A DNA stretch of 64,000 bases from Syncephalis fuscata S228 (GCA_025786725.1 JAHLTZ010000002.1:930001-994000), one strand, 5' to 3'; positions 29,733 to 44,652 are shown, numbered from the stretch's first letter. Numbers and translations: made by a program. Notes: generated by a model not told the origin, from the letters alone.

Positions 29733-30757
29733 AGTAAATGTTTATTCTTTTTTAGTAAAAGTAGAAAGAAAGAAGAGGTGACGAAGGCGTGAGTAAATTC
29801 GGCAATTAATGCCGCTAATTATACTGACCGTACATTACTAATTATGGTATAAAAACAGTGTATGGCATTATCTATTTAATTACATGTTGGATCTAATCTG
29901 TTTGGTAGATTAATGTCTTAATCAATGAGTTACGTTATAATAGAATTACTAAAGACGTGCTTTAATGTAATATTATATATTCAGCTTGACACTATGTTAT
30001 TTGATTTTCTATTTATAACTGAACGGAAATACAGTTATTAGATATACGGTGTTATATCGTGTAATTACTATAATGTCTACGTAAAGTAGTGTATTATGCA
30101 TTGTCAGTCATATCACAGCTTAAAATTATGTAATTTAATCTTTGTAGCTAGAGCGAATAATTGCAATAATAAATACTACTCATTTCTAGTATTTTCTACA
30201 TGAATAGAATAGTATGCAGCTTATTATGATGACCAAGAAAAAAGATATGTAATGAATGGAGATGATAATCAAAGTAATGCTAGCACATCAGTTGGTGCAT
30301 AAGCCCCTTTTTGAACTTGATAGCATTTAAGCGTGGCGTGTATCACCTTAATTAATAATATTGAATAAATATACACTATAAGTAATTTCTTACATACAAA
30401 TATAACTTGTTCATTTATTAAATAAACACTCCAGCTTTTTATTATTAAATTGCAACTATATTTTTTGCATTTAAGCAAGCATTTGATTCTGCTTTTACTT
30501 TTTAAACAAATTAATAGGCCTACAGCTTACTTGTGTTTGTTGAACAGTTAGCTGGATATGCACGTTCACGCGGCTAATCAAATGAACCAAGACGCTGTAA
30601 TTGGTGTCTTTTTGTATCACACAAACACGCAAACGCACATAGCTATTTTTTTTATCAAATCCTGCTTTACTGGCATGCTTGCTATAAAATGCGCACCACT
30701 GCCATGTAGTCTCCTATTTCTTTAGCCTTTTTCTAGTTAATTCTCGCCACGGCTTCC

Positions 30758-32238
30758 ATGTCTAGTCTGCTTGCTACATTAAAAGGAGCGCTACTCCTAT
30801 CGGTAGTGGCCAACTCCGCACTGGGTCAAAACAACAGCACCAACTACGTATACAACTATTGTCAAGCTGACTATCCTGCCAACCATACATATCAGCCTTT
30901 GGTAATTAAATGTTGGTTTAATAATTATTTTGCTAATTAATATTGTATAAATAGCCGATGCACGTCTAGTACATGTACAAATGCTAATTCGACATGGAGA
31001 CCGCTCTCCCGTTATGACTATCTTACCCAACGAAATGGCCGACTGGCGCTGTGAGGATGTGCACGAAGTAAACCAGATCATCGGTACAGACGGCAATCAC
31101 CCGACCACTGGAGCTGTCAGCCAACGAGTCGTTATTCCAGCAAAAAAGCCTTATAGAAATGCCATTTGGTCCAGTGGCACTTGTATAATTGGACAATTGA
31201 CCTCAAAAGGCGTGAGACAACACGTGGCTTTAGGGGAAATAATTAATAGTATTTACGTAAATCGCCTATCGTATTTACCAAGACATTTGGACAGCACTAC
31301 ACTAGCCCAACGACTCTATATCCGCAGTTCAGATGTTTGGCGCACCAAACAGTCAGCTGCCTCGTTGTTAACTGGTTTATGGCCCATGTCACATCGCAAT
31401 AAAGATGCCAAAGTATTGCCACTCCTGACCTACCCGGAGCCGATAGAAACAATGCTTGGTCATCGAACGGCTTCCGAATGTCCACGGCTCATGGAGCTAT
31501 TCGAGGAAATGTATCGTACACCTGAATGGCAAGCATATCTAAAACGCTACCAGCCGCTTAGAACTCACCTTGAGACTGTACTAAATACGGCCAACCACTC
31601 AACTTACGACAACAGTTTTGCTTATTATGTGGATCCGCTAAGGGCCCGTGATTGCAACAATATGCCACTTCCGTGTCAAAATAATCAATGTATTACAAAA
31701 TCTCATGTAGCCGAGCTGACACAAAGTGTTAATGAAGAATACACAATGTCATTAAATAGGCTGCCACATTCGAAAGAAGTGAATCGATTGTCCATCGGCT
31801 ATTTTCTTGGCGAACTCCGGGATAAGCTGATTGATGCCATTAATCTAATTCGTCAAGGACATAATCCTCGTAAATTTGAATTGTTTTCCGGACATGATGA
31901 CACGGTACACGCAATTAAAGGTATGCTAAATGCATACGATATGCTGTGGCCACCTTATGTAAGTGATTTATCTTAGTATGATTTATAGTTGAATCTAAAT
32001 GACTGCTTATCCGTAGGCTTCTAATATGCTTTTTGAATTGTGGCAATCGACAACAAATAACCGTTTAGGAAAGCAGTTTTACCTGCGTATTATTTATAAC
32101 GGACGTATTTTAAAGACACCTTGGTGTGACATGAATGCCTGTCCCATAGAGGACTATTTTAACTATATAGCCTCGTATGTTCCCAACGATCTCTCCGCCG
32201 AGTGTCATACAAATCGTACAGCGCAACATAGTACATGA
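30758..32238 (+). CDS. Secreted histidine acid phosphatase, paralog of 8243-9738, 3 exons
   Basis: Signal peptide; YNYCQA, RHGDRSP, RTKQSA, FSGHDD, WPPYASN. Confidence 0.92.
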
Positions 32239-32947
32239 GATATTAGTGCTATTATCATTGTGAACCATTATAGCTACAAATTTAACCAGCTTATTTGTTT
32301 GGCGATAAATAATATTTTAAATAATATAATTTTGTTTTGCTAATAACTCATTGCTTTAAAATTGTGTCCAAATAGCAAATTATACTTTAATATTTAAAGC
32401 ATAAAAGAATTAAACAAGGTTATAAACATTAAAGCTGTTAAGAATTTAAAATCAAAGTATTGGGATTTAGCTATTTAACATATTGACATTTAGTAAATCC
32501 AATGTATTAATATTGATATACTCCAATATGATAATCACCAAAGATTTACTTTAATGTGAATAGTGTACGCCCAAACCAATACCTTTTTAATATAATTATT
32601 GATAAACAATAATATGCTTAGTTTAATATTTGTATAAATAAGTCATTCTAATTTCTTTATAACATTGAAATATGACCATTTTTTTTACAATTACTTGCTA
32701 TATATAATGCATATTTTTTGATATTTCTAGTTTTTAGTTTCTTATAAATCATCGAGCTGTATTTTCAAATGTATTCCCACACCTTCAGCATGTTGTTATC
32801 ATAAATAGATTATTATTATTGTAAAGCACATTAAGCATTTGAAAGTCATATAATATATATAGTCAGAATACGTATATAACATGCGCTTATTATAAATATG
32901 ATTATATTGTTTATCAATATTTTGTTGGCTTTCAAATCAATAATAGT

Positions 32948-33573
32948 TTATTGTTTTTCAGTCAATTGTTTTATAATAAAGTGTTTTATAATCGCTGGTT
33001 TCTTAGCCAAGTACTTTTCGATCAAGTCTTTTCTATCCACGATAAAACATTTTGTTCCATCTTGACGTTCAAGCGTATCGATGACACTATCCTTTGGATT
33101 AAGCCCGAAAAGACTCTGTTTGTAATAATAAATATTAGTTATATATGTTTATTACTATAAAAAACTTGCCTGGTATTTCTTAAAAAGGTCTTCATCTGAG
33201 TTCGAGCCTGGCCGACATGCAATCCTAACTGAGTCTGCATCTTTGAATCTAAGATAATCTGCAACTTCTGGGCTAGCCAGAAGATCTAAAAGAACGTCCT
33301 TAGCCTGAAGCGAACCTATAAAACTCATGCCATCAACATATTTTGGAGAACCTCTAAATCTGATGCCACGCTCGGTGAATGGACTAGCTGGATCATTGTT
33401 TTTATACCCCATGAATGCTACATAGATAATATTGTTAGTGAAATAAAATAAGTAGTTCGAAGTAAGTACTTACTAATATCGTCCATTCGATTAATAGGAG
33501 GAAGGCCAGGTGCGGATTGCGTGGCCGATACTAGCATAAGCGCGGTGGCAGCGATAGCAAAAATAGATTTCAT
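32948..33573 (-). CDS. Small secreted orphan protein, copy 1 (3 exons; intron 2 has a GC donor)
   Basis: MKSIFAIAATALMLVSATQSAPG signal peptide; introns A|GTAAGT..TAG and CAG|GCAAGT..CAG join an open ~170-aa frame ending KQLTEKQ*. Confidence 0.8.
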
Positions 33574-35108
33574 TGTAAACATGGCTTTGTCAGGGTTCAA
33601 TAGTCGAATGAGACTTTCTATGAAACTAGTGTGTGAAGAGAATTATAATATGATAACTAGACAAACAAATTTTGCTAAAGAAAAGCAGGTATTTATAGTA
33701 AAATACATCATGCAATAGTCAATATATTTACTATAGTGCAGGATAAATATGGTATACACGTGTCTGAGTTGAAGCTATAACATCAACTCATAAAAATAAA
33801 TCGAAATCAGCAACCTCCATTATTCAAATACGGAATTTGAAAATATAAATGTTTCAGAGTAGCATTTTACTTCTATATATGTATATACTAGATAGTACAA
33901 AATGAGCAAAATGCAATTCAATGCAGTAATGCTATTTTTATGTGGTTGTTATCTCGAGTACTGATATCAAAAAAATACGCAAAAAGCCTTTTTAGATGTG
34001 GATCAAAGCTATTTTTCATTACTATTAATTAATACCCAAAAAGCTGTAAATCTAAACACAGATTCTGATAACATGCATTGTGGTTAATTAGAGAGTATGT
34101 AACTTTTAAAACAAGACAAATGATTGTGATTATGATAGTTAGTAGTTTTGAGTTGTATCATTTAGTAATAGATTATCATTTGATTCAAATATCAGTATAT
34201 ACATAAAGTATGATGCATGAGTTTAGACATTATAGTATTAAGAGTTATAAGCCTTGCTTTAAAAGAATAATAAAATTAAATAATGCCGAATTGACGGCTC
34301 ATTTGATAATATTATACTCTGACACGCAAAAAAGATTTTGCTTAAACTAGAAGGCTTAGAATGGCAATGGCCATGTTTAAGGAAATGGTTTGTTATGGAA
34401 TTGGTTTAAGTTTACAATTTCAGTTTTATTCCTAGGCTTATTTTTAGTAAAACATTTTGCTTTTGCATTTTTGCGGTCACCATATACAAATCTTAATGGA
34501 AATACTATTTTTACATTCTGTAAAATATTCTGTATACTACAAATGTGTTAAATATTAAAATGGCGCATAATTGAATATACTAATATAGCCTAAGACTGGT
34601 TTACTACATATCAAACTCGATACAGTCAGCTTGTCAGTTTGAGCATTGATTGATTTGCTTTACTTTTCTGTAGTTTGAATAAACGACGCTCTTAAATTGT
34701 ATAGTCTATTTGAGTTGGTGTTTGTTCTAGCTAAGCATGCCGATTTAGCCAAATTCCTAACAATTTAACGATTAGATTTGCATATTAGTTCACACAGTAA
34801 ATCACTGTCCATTGGTTGCTTGTTAGGTATTGCAGGTCAATCGGCGTACATAACTATAAATAATAGAATGGCTAGTTTGATGCGCCATACATAATATTTT
34901 ATTAATAAAATATTCATTACCAATTGCATATATTTCATTAGTTGATTTTACTCCAATCCATGTTTTCTACGGTATTCTGATGCTCTTGTAAAACGTGGAT
35001 GCATTGTGCAATAGTTTATAAAGTTGATTGTTTGTACAAAAGCTACTTTATCATGCTATTTACAGCCTAATATTACCTAACTATTGATACATGTGTAGGA
35101 TTGTATGG

Positions 35109-35111
<3 letters not shown>

Positions 35112-35142
<31 letters not shown>
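35112..35142. repeat. (TA)n microsatellite; shorter version in copy 2 at ~41634-41658
   Basis: Read directly from the sequence. Confidence 0.9.
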
Positions 35143-35143
<1 letters not shown>

Positions 35144-36523
35144 CTAGTGTCGATCGTTTGTAAGATTAAGTATACAAATAGTTTATAAAAATAAAGCACA
35201 GTAAATACAGAAATCTTTGATAAACAATGATATAACTACAAAGCCATATATAATCAGTTTTAATTGATGTGCATTCTAGTGACGCTGTAATTTCTTACTT
35301 TAGATGGCATTATAATAAAATAACCTGTTTATACGAATACAACTTTAATTCATGAATGTGGTACAGGGGTGAATGCTGGTTATATGGTAGAATTGCAATG
35401 GTGATATTACAATTGCTTATTGTAGTCTATTATCAATCTTAATTTAAATATTTTATTTTCATTATAAATACTTATAAAATGCAAAAATAATATTTGTTTT
35501 ATTTGTACTAACAAAGAAGTAGCAATAGCTGTGTTACAGTAGAATACGGTAAACAACTTGCCACTGTTTTTGCTAGCAGCTCTTTGGTAGTGGATTGTAT
35601 GTAATTGGTGGATTTAATCTATGTAAACCGGTTTTTGCCCGGAGTATGTTTTAGCGTTCCATATATCTGCATATACGTTTGCTATTCATGCAAAGTCGCA
35701 TCGTGCAGTTATTCGCGTGTGACTATCAAATAGATAGATAGAATTGTATGGACAGTGCGTAATGGCCATTTAAACATTCTGCTATTTGAATAACTAACAA
35801 TAAATAGAATGAGTGTAATACGCTTAGTTTTTTGACAAAAAGAAAGATAAAATAAATTTTGCACAATCGCTAATGAAAAAAAGCATTTTGAAATAATGTA
35901 TCGCGATAGTGCGACATTCAAACATTCGGATAAATATCGCCGTTGATAATGATCATAGGTCATAAGCACACTGCAGTCACGCAGAGACACAGCGACGTCA
36001 GTGACGGTTGAGATGATGAAATGGTAGAGTAATGAATAGTGAGATGATGAAATATGCAGTGTAAAAATAGCAAAGATGTGCAGCCTTTGACAATGTCCGC
36101 TATTTATCCATTGCGGCGAACAATCCAATTATTCTTTAGATGAATGGTATATTCGAGATGTCCGTTGATTTAATAACAATAAATACTGTTTTGTTTAATT
36201 ATGGTTAGCGTTATGAACAATCAATTATATCTAGATTAGTATAATGTCAGTGCGTGAGCAAATGGTGGACTTGGCTGCGAGTCATGTGGTACACCATGCA
36301 TCGTCAGGGAAATGGAAGCACGTATGACTAGGCCCGGAGTTTCGGTGTAAAACATTAAATTGAATGGATTAATGTCACGGAGTATGTCTTCACACGACTA
36401 TAAATGTGGCGCATTGTTAAGTAGGTCCTCGGGATGTTCTATATACACACATACGCTTAACTGTGCTTTTCTTTTATAACACTCAAGTTACTACAACTAA
36501 ACAATCAGTGTTATTGTGATAAC

Positions 36524-38507
36524 ATGTCTTCACTACAAATACTACTCAACAACATCCCATGGCTAGAGGCTTTGAGTTTGGCCAGTGCGGGATATATAGT
36601 TTACAAAGTAAGTGTTATTTATTACTATCGGACAGCATTCATTGACATCTGCATAGCTTATTCAACAAGAATATGTAAGCCCATTGTCGAAAATACCTGG
36701 GCCACGTCCATCTGTATTTGGAAAGTTATACCTGGACTTGAAGCGAGCCTATAGACTTCAACGTTCAGACTTTCCAGAAGTTCATGAACGTTATGGCCCT
36801 ATAGTTCGCACGGGTAAGCAACCATAAAGCTACATCTGGAACTTCGCAATTAACTATAAATTACTATTCAGGGCCCAATACACTTTGGGTGGCAAGTGCT
36901 GCATCCATTCGAAAGGTCAACGGCTCGCATCAGTATGTCAAAGGTACTGATTATGCCACAAATCGTATTGGTGGTGAAAACGTGTTCAGTACCAGAGATG
37001 TTGATTACCATCGAATTCAAGTGAGTAAATGTGCTGATGGTTTCAATAAACTGATTTATTATTAGAAACGATTGATGATGCCAGCTTATACACCCAATGC
37101 ACTTAACGAACTGGAGCCACTGATTTACGAAATCGGTATTGCTCGTCTTATTGAAAGACTCAATGAGCACGCCGATGCTGGACATTCCGTTGATTTGATG
37201 AATCTATTAAAGAACATGACTTTTGTAAGTAACTGCAATTATAATTGTCGATTTCTTACATTATATCCAGGATACCATTGGCGAAGTTGGCTTTGGTAAA
37301 AGCTTTGGACTTCTTGAAGAGAAGCAAGAGCGCCATCCGATTATAGATTGGATGGGTAACAGAATTCTATTTGCTGTTACGGTAGGTACTAATTTATCGC
37401 TTGTTACTATTTACTAATCAGCAATAGAGAGCCGTTTTTGGAAGATTCTTTATTTCCGATTTGTTCCCTAGTCTTAAGAGGGATATCAAAGCACTGGATG
37501 ATGTAAGTATCAGAAATCTGCGCTTTATTTACTGTAGATTAACACTTCATTTAGTATGCGGTAGAAGCTATTGAAAAAAGAAGACAAATGGGCGACAGTG
37601 GAAGAAAAGATACATTGCAACAGTTGATCGAAGCTTTCGATGCTGAAACTGGCACCAGATTATCGACTGAGAATATTATGGCTGAAGTAATTCTACTGAT
37701 GTAGGTCATAGGCATTTTAACTTTATAGTCATCTAATGGATACTGCTATTTAGGATTGCTGGTACAGATACCACAGCTCTTACTATCACATGGTAAGCAA
37801 TACGCTTATGTTAGCTTGTTCAATTTTAACATATTCACTTTTAGGACCATGTATTTCTTAATCTCAAATCCCGAGTACTATCAACGACTTGCTGATGAAA
37901 TCAAAAGTGTATATCCTGATCCAAATACCCGTGCTAGCCATAAAGACACTCTGACCATGACCTACTTGGATGCTGTGCTTCACGAATCAATGCGCATTCG
38001 ACCTATTGCTCCACATGGCATGCCACGCATTGTTCCTGAAGGAGGCACCACGTTAGATGGCTACTTTGTTCCCGGTGGTGTAAGTTAATGATTAGCTATA
38101 ATATTGTTAGCATCCTTACATTTTACAATATAGACTACCGTGATGGTGTCCATTGGCGTTATGCAAATGAACAAAGATGTTTTCCCTGAACCACACGTGT
38201 TCCGCCCCGAACGCTGGCTTGATGCGTCGCCTGAGCAGCTAACTGTGATGAAGCAGCACTTTGCACCATTCTCTGTTGGCCCTCGTGCCTGTCTTGGCCG
38301 CAAGTAAGTAATATGATCAAATTACACAAGCTATACATTAATGATATATTGATTAGTTTGGCCTGGATGGAGCTTCGCGTGACACTTGTTGAGCTGGTAC
38401 GTCGCTTCACGTTTGTTGCATCACCCAAGAATGACATGGCACCTCTTTACCGAGGTCCCGTATCCCCAAGAGGTAGAAAGTTTATAGTGGAGCCATCGCG
38501 TGCCTAA
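36524..38507 (+). CDS. Cytochrome P450 monooxygenase, 11 exons
   Basis: N-terminal anchor, PGP hinge, AGTDTT I-helix, ESMR (ExxR), [14 protein letters not shown] heme motif; all introns are frame-consistent. Confidence 0.95.
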
Positions 38508-39096
38508 GCTTTTAAATGACTATATCTTCATCACTATTCATTACTGTTTTTACTATGCATAAATCATAAATAAATGTTTGACAAATCAATATTACAATTT
38601 GAATGTTTGATTATCGTTGTTTTATTCGCTCTATACGATGACATGCATACAGATGAAATGTAATTATAAATTGGGTTTTAATAATAAACTGCATATCAAC
38701 TTGTAAACCAAGATGATACTAGTTATAGTTATTTATATTTGTAAATCCAATAAGTAACATTTGTTGTTTTAACTCGTATGTCTATCTGTATTTTATTATA
38801 AATATAGTAAATATCAATGGCATAAAATTGTAAGCATAAGTTGATTTATCTGCTACTAATTAGAAATACAATAAATATAACATTTAAAAAAGATTGTTTT
38901 ACACTATGATTGGAATAAATATACATTATGCTTAAATCCAATTGCAAATGCAATTTGTAACTTACTATCAAGTTTTCTAAAGTGTTTAAAAACCTTTTTT
39001 TTAATGTCAATAGAGCCATTTCCTACGGGAATAACATTATTAAAGTTGGCAGATTATAATTTGCATTCTTCATCTCCAATGATGTAACTAGCTAAT

Positions 39097-41969
39097 AATA
39101 CCTTTTTAATATAATTATTGATAAACAATAATATGCTTAGTTTAATATTTGTATAAATAAGTCATTCTAATTTCTTTATAACATTGAAATATGACCATTT
39201 TTTTTACAATTACTTGCTATATATAATGCATATTTTTTGATATTTCTAGTTTTTAGTTTCTTATAAATCATCGAGCTGTATTTTCAAATGTATTTCCACA
39301 CCTTCAGCATGTTGTTATCATAAATAGATTATTATTATTATAAAGCACATTAAGCATTTGAAAGTCATATAATATATATAGTCAGAATACGTATATAACA
39401 TGCGCTTATTATAAATATGATTATATTGTTTATCAATATTTTGTTGGCTTTCAAATCAATAATAGTTTATTGTTTTTCAGTCAATTGTTTTATAATAAAG
39501 TGTTTTATAATCGCTGGTTTCTTAGCCAAGTACTTTTCGATCAAGTCTTTTCTATCCACGATAAAACATTTTGTTCCATCTTGACGTTCAAGCGTATCGA
39601 TGACACTATCCTTTGGATTAAGCCCGAAAAGACTCTGTTTGTAATAATAAATATTAGTTATATATGTTTATTACTATAAAAAACTTGCCTGGTATTTCTT
39701 AAAAAGGTCTTCATCTGAGTTCGAGCCTGGCCGACATGCAATCCTAACTGAGTCTGCATCTTTGAATCTAAGATAATCTGCAACTTCTGGGCTAGCCAGA
39801 AGATCTAAAAGAACGTCCTTAGCCTGAAGCGAACCTATAAAACTCATGCCATCAACATATTTTGGAGAACCTCTAAATCTGATGCCACGCTCGGTGAATG
39901 GACTAGCTGGATCATTGTTTTTATACCCCATGAATGCTACATAGATAATATTGTTAGTGAAATAAAATAAGTAGTTCGAAGTAAGTACTTACTAATATCG
40001 TCCATTCGATTAATAGGAGGAAGGCCAGGTGCGGATTGCGTGGCCGATACTAGCATAAGCGCGGTGGCAGCGATAGCAAAAATAGATTTCATTGTAAACA
40101 TGGCTTTGTCAGGGTTCAATAGTCGAATGAGACTTTCTATGAAACTAGTGTGTGAAGAGAATTATAATATGATAACTAGACAAACAAATTTTGCTAAAGA
40201 AAAGCAGGTATTTATAGTAAAATACATCATGCAATAGTCAATATATTTACTATAGTGCAGGATAAATATGGTATACACGTGTCTGAGTTGAAGCTATAAC
40301 ATCAACTCATAAAAATAAATCGAAATCAGCAACCTCCATTATTCAAATACGGAATTTGAAAATATAATGTTTCAGAGTAGCATTTTACTTCTATATATGT
40401 ATATACTAGATAGCACAAAATGAGCAAAATACAATTCAATGTAATAATGCTATTTTTATGTGACTACCATTCTCAAGTATTGATATAAAAATTACACAAC
40501 TTTTTTTTAGATGTGGTAGATTGAAACTAGTTTTTAAACAATACTAATTGATAATGGGATAAGGATTTTATAAATTTAAGCACATATTTTAATAATATAA
40601 ATTGCGATTAATTAGTGATTATATAAATTTTGGAATAAGACAGATGACTGTAATTATAGAAATTAGTAACTTTAGTTTACAGCACTTGGAAATAATAAGA
40701 TTTCATTTAGTTCAGATGTTAATATATACATATAGTGTGATACACGGGTTTAGACCTCATAGTATTAAAATAAAAGTATAAGCATTGCTTCAAAAAAATG
40801 GATAAATTAAATCAACGGTCCATTTAAGAAACAGCATGCTTTGCCATACCAAAAAGATTTTGCTTAAACTAGAAGGCTTAGAATGGCAATGGCCATGCTT
40901 AAGGAAATGGTTTGTTACGGAATTGGTTTAAGTTTACAATTTCAGTTTTATTCCTAGGCTTATTTTTAGTAAAACATTTTGCTTTTGCATTTTTGCGGTC
41001 ACCATATACAAATCTTAATGGAAATACTATTTTTACATTCTGTAAAATATTCTGTATACTACAAATGTGTTAAATATTAAAATGGCGCATAATTGAATAT
41101 ACTAATATAGCCTAAGACTGGTTTACTACATATCAAACTCGATACAGTCAGCTTGTCAGTTTGAGCATTGATTGATTTGCTTTACTTTTCTGTAGTTTGA
41201 ATAAACGACGCTCTTAAATTGTATAGTCTATTTGAGTTGGTGTTTGTTCTAGCTAAGCATGCCGATTTAGCCAAATTCCTAACAATTTAACGATTAGATT
41301 TGCATATTAGTTCACACAGTAAATCACTGTCCATTGGTTGCTTGTTAGGTATTGCAGGTCAATCGGCGTACATAACTATAAATAATAGAATGGCTAGTTT
41401 GATGCGCCATACATAATATTTTATTAATAAAATATTCATTACCAATTGCATATATTTCATTAGTTGATTTTACTCCAATCCATGTTTTCTACGGTATTCT
41501 GATGCTCTTGTAAAACGTGGATGTATTGTGCAATAGTTTATAAAGTTGATTGTTTGTACAAAAGCTACTTTATCATGCTATTTACAGCCTAATATTACCT
41601 AACTATTGATACATGTGTAGGATTGTATGGCTAATATATATATATATATATATATATAACTAGTGTCGATCGTTTGTAAGATTAAGTATACAAATAGTTT
41701 ATAAAAATAAAGCACAGTAAATACAGAAATCTTTGATAAACAATGATATAACTACAAAGCCATATATAATCAGTTTTAATTGATGTGCATTCTAGTGGCG
41801 CTGTAATTTCTTACTTTAGATGGCATTATAATAAAATAACCTGTTTATACGAATACAACTTTAATTCATGAATGTGGTACAGGGGTGAATGCTGGTTATA
41901 TGGTAGAATTGCAATGGTGATATTACAATTGCTTATTGTAGTCTATTATCAATCTTAATTTAAATATTT
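39097..41969 (+). repeat. 2.9-kb direct duplication, copy 2
   Basis: Near-identical to 32578-35453 except block 40414-40850. Confidence 0.95.
39467..40092 (-). CDS. Small secreted orphan protein, copy 2 (same protein as copy 1)
   Basis: Same exons as 32948-33573; ORF-track translations are identical. Confidence 0.8.
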
Positions 41970-42410
41970 GCTTGCGTAAAAGGTGTTATAACATTAAATT
42001 ATTACGACTACAAAAGCATCATTATAATAGTCATGTAATTCAATTAATCCCATATATACTTTTATTCAAAGTCTGGTACTATTTAAGTTATTGCCATTAA
42101 ATATAAATATTACTAGTAGATATTAATTTTAACATTTTTTGTATAATGTTGTGTCTAAAATTACTCATTGCTATTAGTGTATCTAATACATACTGTTTTA
42201 TTTTCTATTTATACTGGGTATTTAACTTAAACATCCATCCATCTATAATTGAATAAAACTTTTACATAACTTATTGACGTTAACACAATTAATTAATTAT
42301 TAAATGCTACTAATAACTTTATTATTAAAGACACTCGACATCAAGCAATGCCTCAAACAAAATATTTATTTATACATTCCATGGTTACTTTGATCATCAC
42401 CAGTAGCCTG

Positions 42411-44652
42411 TCATGCAACTGCAGCGCGAGTAGTACTATTCTTGCTGCTATTTCCAGCTGGCATCGGACGGGTGGCAGAACGGGAGCGGGAACGTGTCAT
42501 AACACCACCGCCAATATTATTGATTGGTTTAGGAGCAGGGATTCGGCTGGCTGGTCTACGCAATGGTGTACGCATGCGAGCAAGCGAAGAGGCGGTGGGT
42601 CGAGATAGCGTGGCAATACGACCTGGCTTTTGCGCTTGTAATGGTCTAGCAATTGCCGTGCTGCTATTCTCTACACCTCGTCCCATAGTACGACCACGTA
42701 CTGGCTTCACTGCAACATTAAGTTTTCGTGCTGGTATGGTACGCGTAATAGCAAGTGCCGGCTTCTTAGTCAAAGCTGGCAAAACACGCTTGGCTTTGCT
42801 AATGGGGGCACGAGGAGTATTTGGGTTCAGATTTGCCGTATCACGTAGTACACGCTTTGCACCAGTCAGAACACGGTTCCGAGCAGCTGGCTTTACCACT
42901 AATATCAAGAAGAGTAAGCGTAATGTTAATAATGTGTATCTATTCTCTTACCAGCACCATTACGGGTGCGTGAAGCCAATGGTACACGTGTTGCGCCAGC
43001 TGGCTTGGTAATAGTGGATTTAGTAGTTGGAGATGTGCGGAGTGGACGGCTTATAGTACGTTTAGCTGGCTGAATAGGTTCGGCCAAACGGCTGGTAGTA
43101 GTTGATTCTTTCTTGGCATTGGTGTCCAATTGATTAGCATTGTTGTCTTCACTTGATGATGCTTTAATACCCAATGCAGGATATCTTTTTGTAAATTTAG
43201 CATTAATATTTTCAGCTATAACATTACTGCCATGGTTTAGCGACTCAGATTTTGTCGAGTGCTGAGATGAAGTGGACGAGGATGACGTGGGTGGAGATGG
43301 TCCCTTTGCTTTAACAGTTACAGCTAGTTCATCAGTGGCACCTCCTGGTGCATGTGAACTGCCATTACTTACGCCATTCGACGTTGTTGGTCCATTATTG
43401 GTATTAGCTGTACTCGAATTGCTAAGATGAGATGAGGCAGTAGAACGACCATGATCGTTTAAATGTCCATCCTTATGATTATCACCATCGTCATCAGGCA
43501 AATTGCGTGCAGCAGGTAATTCTTGTTCTTCACAACGAGATGAAGATGAAGGCTTCTTAGACTTGTCTTCGGTGGCAGTAGAAGTCGATGGATTTGTGTC
43601 AGCTTGGTTCGAAGGAGGCGATCCAACATGAATTTCAATGTCATCAGTATTAGCTGAAGACTCGGCCAGCTTTTTATGTTGCATCATATGCTGGCGGATG
43701 TTTGGCCTCCCAGTAGCTGAAGCGCCTGGACGTGCTTTACCAGATGCTGATGGCTTACTGCCACCGCTTAATAGCTTCTGAGTACGTGGTTCTAGCGTTT
43801 CTATAAATCTATTTGCAGTGTTATTAATGCAACAAGTATGTTAAATATATACCTACGCTGGTACACGCTGCTCAAATAATTTGGCATACGCATCATAAGC
43901 TTTACGCGCCTCGGTACGGGCATCAGCGTCGGCATCGACCAGGCCAGCACGAAGCATTGCCTCAACGATAGTTACATGACTATTATGAAGATCTGTCGAT
44001 GGAATCTTATGCAACACCATATTCAAACACTCCAGAGTACAACGACGCATACCTTTGCTGGCCGCTTTCTGATTTTCAGCCAATGGATGCAGGAAATCAG
44101 GCAGCTGAGAGAACTGAATAGAACGATCCAAGCAGCTAATGGCTCGTTTTACAAACACCTTGTTTGTGCGGGCACATAGACGAATGACAGGAGGAATCAC
44201 AATATCAAACACTTGAATAAAGTCTTTACGTAATACTCGAGCCAAAGTTTGTACAAGCTCGACAGCAGTACCCGATAACTTTGTACGTTCAGTATTGATC
44301 TAGTAGGACATAGATTATTATTGACATTAGTATAAACTGCTATTTATGTTACTTCTATCGAGTACACCTACCGAATTAACAAACGAATCACGAATACTTT
44401 TAATAGCCGGAATAAAACTGGGCATCTTGTATGCACCGCCTAGACTAAGAGCACCAAGTCGATGGAGTGCCTCTTCCATTAGCATCCAATTCTGCTCCGT
44501 TTCCTTCTGATTCATAGTCGCTTTGATCTTGTCGAATTCCGACTCGAATTGGGCGTTACTTGTAACCTGTATAATGGAAATAAACCAGTAAATATAGATA
44601 CGAATAATAAACAATCACAGTCGCTTACGTAGATAAGCTCCGACGTGTCCAT
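42411..44652 (-). CDS. STU1: CLASP/Stu1-like protein: CLASP N-terminal TOG domain plus basic disordered tail
   Basis: KETEQNW, INTERTKLSGTAVEL, LCARTNKVF, GLVDADADARTEARKAY, then a Ser/Arg/Pro-rich tail containing SRIP and TRVP. Confidence 0.8.

Larger units (their letters stand above)
32578..35453 (+). repeat. 2.9-kb direct duplication, copy 1
   Basis: Near-identical to 39097-41969 (offset about 6519) except an internal diverged block 33896-34328. Confidence 0.95.

Noticed and set aside
32578-41969. LTR retrotransposon
   Set aside because: No gag/pol, TG..CA termini or target-site duplication; the interior is an intron-containing P450
42442-43011. Long antisense ORFs over CLASP (also 53177-53743, 26653-27033)
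   Set aside because: Shadow frames of real genes with no independent features
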